Part shown: one piece after another, positions 27,399-32,000 of the stretch
How positions within the stretch are numbered: the stretch's first letter is position 1
Layout of the letters: each line of letters begins with the position of its first letter
Assembly (NCBI GenBank): GCA_019056805.1
Contig: DXJG01000002.1
Location: 223,103-255,102 of the forward strand
Direction of reading: 5' to 3'
DNA from: Candidatus Baldrarchaeota archaeon
GTDB taxonomy: Archaea; Asgardarchaeota; Baldrarchaeia; Baldrarchaeales; DXJG01
Length of the DNA stretch: 32,000 bases
Position numbers and translations under genes: made by a program
Notes under the pieces: model-generated
Databases searched by the model: none
What the model saw: only the letters and a program-made list of their open reading frames with translations
What the model was told of the DNA's origin: nothing

Positions 27399-27992
27399 TT
27401 GTTTAAAGAATATGAGGTAAAAGTCCATGTTCGTAATGTTAATGAAACTTCTAAATTATTGAAGAAAGAAGCTATTTTGCTTAAAAGAGTAGTACAGCTC
27501 GACATATATTACGATTATATGAAGAAATTATTTTCAAAAGATGAACATTTACGTCTAAGAATAGAGTACGAAGCCGATAATAAACAAGTAAGGTACATCG
27601 AGTTCACATGGAAAGGACCTAGACAAGGAAGAAATATAGAGATTAGAAGAGATATATCGGTTCAAGTACTACCTAACGATCTTAAAAATCTGAAAAGAAT
27701 ACTTGAGAAGTTAGGATTTAAACCATTAGTAATAATTAGAAAACTACGTGAAAGATATAAAATGAACAATATAGAATTGGAGTTCGATAAACAGGTCGAA
27801 CTAATAAAAAATGGAAATAAAAGTATACCTTTAGGATCTTTCTTACAGGCAAGCATCGAAACATATATGCAGAAAAATCACAAAACTATAAAAAACAAGT
27901 TATGGAAATATTTACACAAATTAGGATTCAAACATAATGATTGGATTGAAAAAAGCTATATTGAACTTGCAATCGAAAAACTTGAAAAATAA
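27399..27992 (+). CDS. cyaB: CYTH-domain protein (class IV adenylate cyclase/triphosphate tunnel enzyme)
   Basis: N-terminal ExExK (EYEVK), Q.D.YY, LRLR, T.KGP, LGF......K.R..Y, SY.EL. Confidence 0.88.
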   Translation: MFKEYEVKVHVRNVNETSKLLKKEAILLKRVVQLDIYYDYMKKLFSKDEHLRLRIEYEADNKQVRYIEFTWKGPRQGRNIEIRRDISVQVLPNDLKNLKRILEKLGFKPLVIIRKLRERYKMNNIELEFDKQVELIKNGNKSIPLGSFLQASIETYMQKNHKTIKNKLWKYLHKLGFKHNDWIEKSYIELAIEKLEK

Positions 27993-27995
27993 ACG

Positions 27996-29258
27996 GTGAA
28001 TAAGTTGTCAGCTGTCTCTTTAACTGAATTTCAAAAAAGAATTGAAAAATTAACAGATAAAAAAGTCAAAAAAATTAGGAAGAAAGCTTACCATCTTATA
28101 AAGATCATCAAGAAGATTTTAGAAAGTTTAGAAGAAGAAGCGGAAGACATGATTAAAAAAAGCAAAGAAGAATTAAAGGAAGGAGTAGAAACTCTCGCAA
28201 AAAAGAAGGCAGGATATCTCGATGCTGTACGTTCACTAGAGAAATTTGGAGAAACCATAACAAACATTGTGCCGAATATAAGGATGCCAACAGAAATAAA
28301 TCATAAAAACCTATTAGAATTCCATAAAAATGTCATAGAAAACTTTACAATCCTAGTGAAAACAAAAAACAAACTAGATCATAAAATTCATCCCTATTTT
28401 ATTTTATTAAGATCGCGTGTCAAAGGCTTAATTAAAAAACTTGAAGAGGCATCTTATTCACTAAAAAAATTCATTGAAGCAGAATACAGTGAAGTTGAAC
28501 TAATAGAACAATTATATAACGAATTAGATAACATGAGAAAACTGTTAAATCAATTAAACGACCTTAAAGAACAAATCACAAATTTAGAAAGAAAAATCGA
28601 TTTAGAAGAAACAGAAATCTCAAAAATGAAACAGAAACTCACAGAAATGGAGAATCAAGAAATATTTCAATCGCTTACCAAAATAGAGGAAGAAATAAGG
28701 ATTACAAAAACTAAAATAATGAATATTTTAAACAGTTTCAGAAAACCATTCAAAAAATTTCTCAATCTAGTAACAAGTGGAGAAGCAACTCTAAAATTAG
28801 ATGAAAAAGACGTATTAGTTAAATATATTAACAACCCATTTAACATGTTCATTAATGAAGATAAAGATGCATCAAAACTCAAAATACTACTTTTGAAAAT
28901 GGATGTTCTTATACGGGAAGAAAAATTAGGATTAGAAAAAAGATTGATTAAAAGACTTCAAAGAGCTTCAGAATCTATAATTAATCAAGATGCGTTGATA
29001 AAGTTATCGGAAAAATATTTTAATATGTTAAAAGAACGAGAACATCTTCTACAAAAACAGGAGATACAAAAACTAATTAATGAGAAAAAACTAATCGAAG
29101 AAAAGGTTAAGGAACTTACTAAACTTAAAGATTCGCTCAGAAGATTACAGGAGAATGTTTTAGAAATTCGAGAGAAAATAGAAGAAATAAAAACAAAAAT
29201 CGAAGACATGGCCCAAAAGGTCACAGGTATCCCACTAAAACTATCGGTAGAGCGTTAA
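27996..29258 (+). CDS. Uncharacterised coiled-coil protein
   Basis: 420-aa K/E/L-rich ORF 3 nt after cyaB; long heptad segments flanking a globular stretch; no Walker A motif. Confidence 0.85.
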   Translation: MNKLSAVSLTEFQKRIEKLTDKKVKKIRKKAYHLIKIIKKILESLEEEAEDMIKKSKEELKEGVETLAKKKAGYLDAVRSLEKFGETITNIVPNIRMPTEINHKNLLEFHKNVIENFTILVKTKNKLDHKIHPYFILLRSRVKGLIKKLEEASYSLKKFIEAEYSEVELIEQLYNELDNMRKLLNQLNDLKEQITNLERKIDLEETEISKMKQKLTEMENQEIFQSLTKIEEEIRITKTKIMNILNSFRKPFKKFLNLVTSGEATLKLDEKDVLVKYINNPFNMFINEDKDASKLKILLLKMDVLIREEKLGLEKRLIKRLQRASESIINQDALIKLSEKYFNMLKEREHLLQKQEIQKLINEKKLIEEKVKELTKLKDSLRRLQENVLEIREKIEEIKTKIEDMAQKVTGIPLKLSVER

Positions 29259-29390
29259 ATAAATTTTGAAAGCCCGCAAACTGTAAAATATAACACTACA
29301 TCTGTACTACCTACTATAATATTAAAATACACAGATTTTCACCATTTTTATTCGCATTACAACCAAAGGTATAACATAATTTTTATTAAC

Positions 29391-29404
29391 CAAAGCTTTA
29401 TAAA
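29391..29404 (+). promoter_or_regulatory. Candidate BRE-TATA promoter upstream of ileS
   Basis: CAAAGC-TTTATAAA; implies a leader of about 215 nt. Confidence 0.45.
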
Positions 29405-29640
29405 AGAAAAGTTCACATTTTCTGAAGGTGAACTCCGGTGAGGGATTATCAAATTCAGCACTCAACAACTGTTTTTAAATAGCAAATATACCGTAAAGTA
29501 TCTAGAAAGTTTTTTAACACAAAAAAAGGTTTACTTTTTAACACAAGTACAAACACAAATTGATGATTTTTCATTAAAACCAGACATAACATGCAGCATA
29601 CACGTTTTTATCCTAAAAATCTTAAATGGCGGTGTAAAAC

Positions 29641-32000
29641 ATGGAAAAATATGTTAAAGCAATAACAGGAGTCTATGAACCTAAGAAAATCGAACAAGAA
29701 ATATTTCAATTATGGAAAAAGGAAAAAGCATACCAAAAAGCAAAAGACAAAAACAAAGATAAAAAGAAATTCTATTTTCTAGATGGCCCTCCATATGCAT
29801 CTTCAGCGGGAATACACCTTGGAACGGCTCTAAACAAGATTTTAAAGGACGTAATCATAAGATACAAAAGAATGAAAGGGTTCTTCTTAAGAGATCAGCC
29901 GGGAGTAGATTGTCACGGTCTTCCAATAGAAGTTCAAGTTGAAAAAATACTTGGATTCAAAAAGAAGGCAGACATAGAAAAATTCGGTATAGACAAATTT
30001 GTAAAAAAATGTAAAGAAATTGCATTACATAATGCTAATCAATTATCAGAACAATTTAAAAACCTAGGAGTTTGGATGGACTGGGAAAATCCTTACCTAA
30101 CATTGAAAGATGAATATATCGAATCTGCGTGGTGGTTAATTAAAAAAGCCTGGGAAAATAACTTACTATATCAAGGAGAGCGAGTAGTCCATTGGTGTCC
30201 ACGTTGTGAAACAGTTTTATCAGGATATGAGGTTGCTCAAGAATATAGAGAAGTCTCGGACCCCTCAATCTACGTAAAATTTCCCGTAAAAGGAAAAGAC
30301 AAGGAGTTTATCTTAATATGGACCACTACACCATGGACATTGCCAAGTAACACGGGAGTAATGGTCCATCCAGAGTTTACCTATGCCAGAGTTAAAGTAG
30401 ATGACGAAGTTTATATTTTAGCCCTAGAACGTTGCGAAGAGGTCTTTAGGGAAGTAAACAAAGAATTTGAAGTTTTAGAGACATTTCCAGGACGAAAACT
30501 AGAGGGATTAAAATATCTTCCTCCATTGCTTGAAGAAGTTCCTCTTCAGCGCAAATTACTTGAAGAAGGTAAAGCTTATCGCGTAGTTTTAAGTGAAGAA
30601 TACGTTTCACTAGAAGAAGGTACTGGTTGTGTACATAGTGCTCCGGGTCATGGTGAAGAGGACTTTGAAGTCGGTTTAACTTACGGTTTACCTGCAGTAT
30701 GCCCCGTAGACGGTAAAGGAGTATTTACCGAAGAAGCAGGTAAATATGCTGGTTTATTCGTAAAAGATGCAGACAAAAAAATAATTGAAGACTTGAAGAA
30801 CAAGGGCCTTTTGCTATGGGCTGGCAAAGTCACACACCGTTATCCTCATTGCTGGCGATGTAAAACTCCTCTGCTCTTACGTCTAGCTAAACAATGGTTC
30901 ATAAAAGTTTCAGCATTTAAAGACAAAATGTTGGAAGAAAATGAAAAAGTAAAATGGATTCCAGAATGGGCTGGTGCCAGTAGATTCAGAAACTGGTTGG
31001 AAAGTGCGAGAGATTGGGTTATATCAAGGCAAAGATACTGGGGTATACCCCTACCAATTTGGATATGCAACAAATGTGGAAAGAAAATGGTAATTGGATC
31101 GAAGGATGAACTACTCAAGATGGCAGTAAGTGTACCAAGCGAGTTTGAACTTCATAGACCATGGGTTGATGAAGTTATCTTAAACTGTGACTGTGGCGGT
31201 GAAATGAGACGTGTTCCAGATGTCATTGATGTATGGCTTGACTCAGGAATAGCATCCTTTGCATGTCTAGGTTATCCCTGCAAGGAAGAAGAGTTTAAAC
31301 AATGGTGGCCTGCTGATGTCGTTTTAGAAGGGCATGATCAAACTCGTGGTTGGTTCTACACACTCCTATGTACATCTATGATAGCTTTTGACCGAAGACC
31401 CTACGAAACTGTGGTAATGCATGGATTTACCTTGGACGCAGAAGGTAGAGAAATGCATAAAAGCCTAGGAAACTACATTGCACCCGAAGAAGTCATAGAA
31501 AAGTATGGAAGAGATCCCCTGCGCCTATATGAGCTCCAATGTACTTTTTGGGAAGATATACGCTTTAATTGGAACGGTGTAAAAGAAGCGCTCAGAGATT
31601 TAAACATATTATGGAACATATACGTTTTTGCATCAACTTACATGGAAATGGATAAATTCGATCCACTAAAACATTCACTAAGAGATCTCTTACCATTCAT
31701 GAAGATTGAAGATAGATGGATCCTTTCGAGACTACAAAACGTAATTGACAAAGTTACAAACTACATGGATGAATATCTATTTCACGAAGCCCTGAGGTTG
31801 CTTTTAGACTTCATACTAGAAGACGTCAGTAGATGGTATATCAGACTTGTTAGACGTAGAGTATGGATAGAAACCGAAGCTAAGGAAAAACTTGCGGCAT
31901 ACACAGTTCTATACACAGTTCTAAAGAACTGTTTACTTCTACTTGCACCCTTCATACCCTTTGCAACAGAAGCTCTATATCAAAGATTCGTTAAACCGGT
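29641..32000 (+). CDS. ileS: Isoleucyl-tRNA synthetase (3'-truncated by the window edge; missing from the ORF track)
   Basis: Frame from ATG 29641 (6 nt after GGTG) is still open at the window end: DGPPYA, HLGT (HIGH), DCHGLPIE, WTTTPWTLP, GTG.VH.APGHG, YPHCWRC, DW.ISRQRYWG.P, EG.DQ.RGWF, EMHKS (KMSKS). Confidence 0.97.
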   Translation, partial: MEKYVKAITGVYEPKKIEQEIFQLWKKEKAYQKAKDKNKDKKKFYFLDGPPYASSAGIHLGTALNKILKDVIIRYKRMKGFFLRDQPGVDCHGLPIEVQVEKILGFKKKADIEKFGIDKFVKKCKEIALHNANQLSEQFKNLGVWMDWENPYLTLKDEYIESAWWLIKKAWENNLLYQGERVVHWCPRCETVLSGYEVAQEYREVSDPSIYVKFPVKGKDKEFILIWTTTPWTLPSNTGVMVHPEFTYARVKVDDEVYILALERCEEVFREVNKEFEVLETFPGRKLEGLKYLPPLLEEVPLQRKLLEEGKAYRVVLSEEYVSLEEGTGCVHSAPGHGEEDFEVGLTYGLPAVCPVDGKGVFTEEAGKYAGLFVKDADKKIIEDLKNKGLLLWAGKVTHRYPHCWRCKTPLLLRLAKQWFIKVSAFKDKMLEENEKVKWIPEWAGASRFRNWLESARDWVISRQRYWGIPLPIWICNKCGKKMVIGSKDELLKMAVSVPSEFELHRPWVDEVILNCDCGGEMRRVPDVIDVWLDSGIASFACLGYPCKEEEFKQWWPADVVLEGHDQTRGWFYTLLCTSMIAFDRRPYETVVMHGFTLDAEGREMHKSLGNYIAPEEVIEKYGRDPLRLYELQCTFWEDIRFNWNGVKEALRDLNILWNIYVFASTYMEMDKFDPLKHSLRDLLPFMKIEDRWILSRLQNVIDKVTNYMDEYLFHEALRLLLDFILEDVSRWYIRLVRRRVWIETEAKEKLAAYTVLYTVLKNCLLLLAPFIPFATEALYQRFVKP

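Noticed and set aside
157-31118. About 40 overlapping antisense or alternate-frame ORFs in the track (e.g. 2421-2930, 3406-3810, 15378-15683, 18451-18882, 20234-20692, 25258-25584, 30846-31118)
   Set aside because: Each lies within a CDS with clear family motifs and has no motifs or RBS of its own; these are typical shadow ORFs.
1-32000. tRNA, rRNA, CRISPR arrays, IS elements, integrases, inteins, in-frame Sec/Pyl recoding
   Set aside because: None recognised by eye: no T-loop/acceptor-stem pattern, spaced repeats, transposase motifs or intein motifs. A tRNAscan-SE/Infernal run would be needed to exclude small RNAs.

Overview
AT-rich archaeal chromosomal segment made mostly of housekeeping genes. 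I infer a TACK/Asgard-like lineage from the archaeal histone, HMG-CoA synthase/thiolase/DUF35 trio, class I CCA enzyme, proteasome beta subunit, archaeal PheRS and an IleRS with EMHKS. It carries about 30 conventional CDSs: membrane protein, uS7, RbgA-like GTPase, HypC, HMGS-thiolase-DUF35, ubiquitin-like/MoaD protein, two HAD hydrolases, nitrilase, Lrp RAM-only protein, orphan wHTH, TYW1, endonuclease IV, TatD, CCA, HTH regulator, PsmB, AMP phosphorylase, DNA ligase, MFS, PLP aminotransferase, PheS/PheT, histone, CYTH, a coiled-coil protein, and IleRS, which runs off the window end and is absent from the ORF track. I saw no tRNA, rRNA, CRISPR array or mobile element. The best candidate for something undescribed is the 550-bp lig-MFS gap. 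It holds two divergent microprotein genes missed by the ORF track: a 16-aa Pro/Gly peptide (MPPGGPVGPGDAPFPL) with its own TATA, RBS and terminator, and a 33-36-aa CCHC (UBZ-like) zinc finger. Other oddities are a thiolase with Gly in place of the nucleophilic Cys, a Ubl with a 10-aa extension after GGG, a winged-helix-like insertion in TYW1, and a GGTCCA-N2-AGGTCC motif shared by the peptide gene and the histone upstream region. All calls come from reading motifs by eye; no searches were run.
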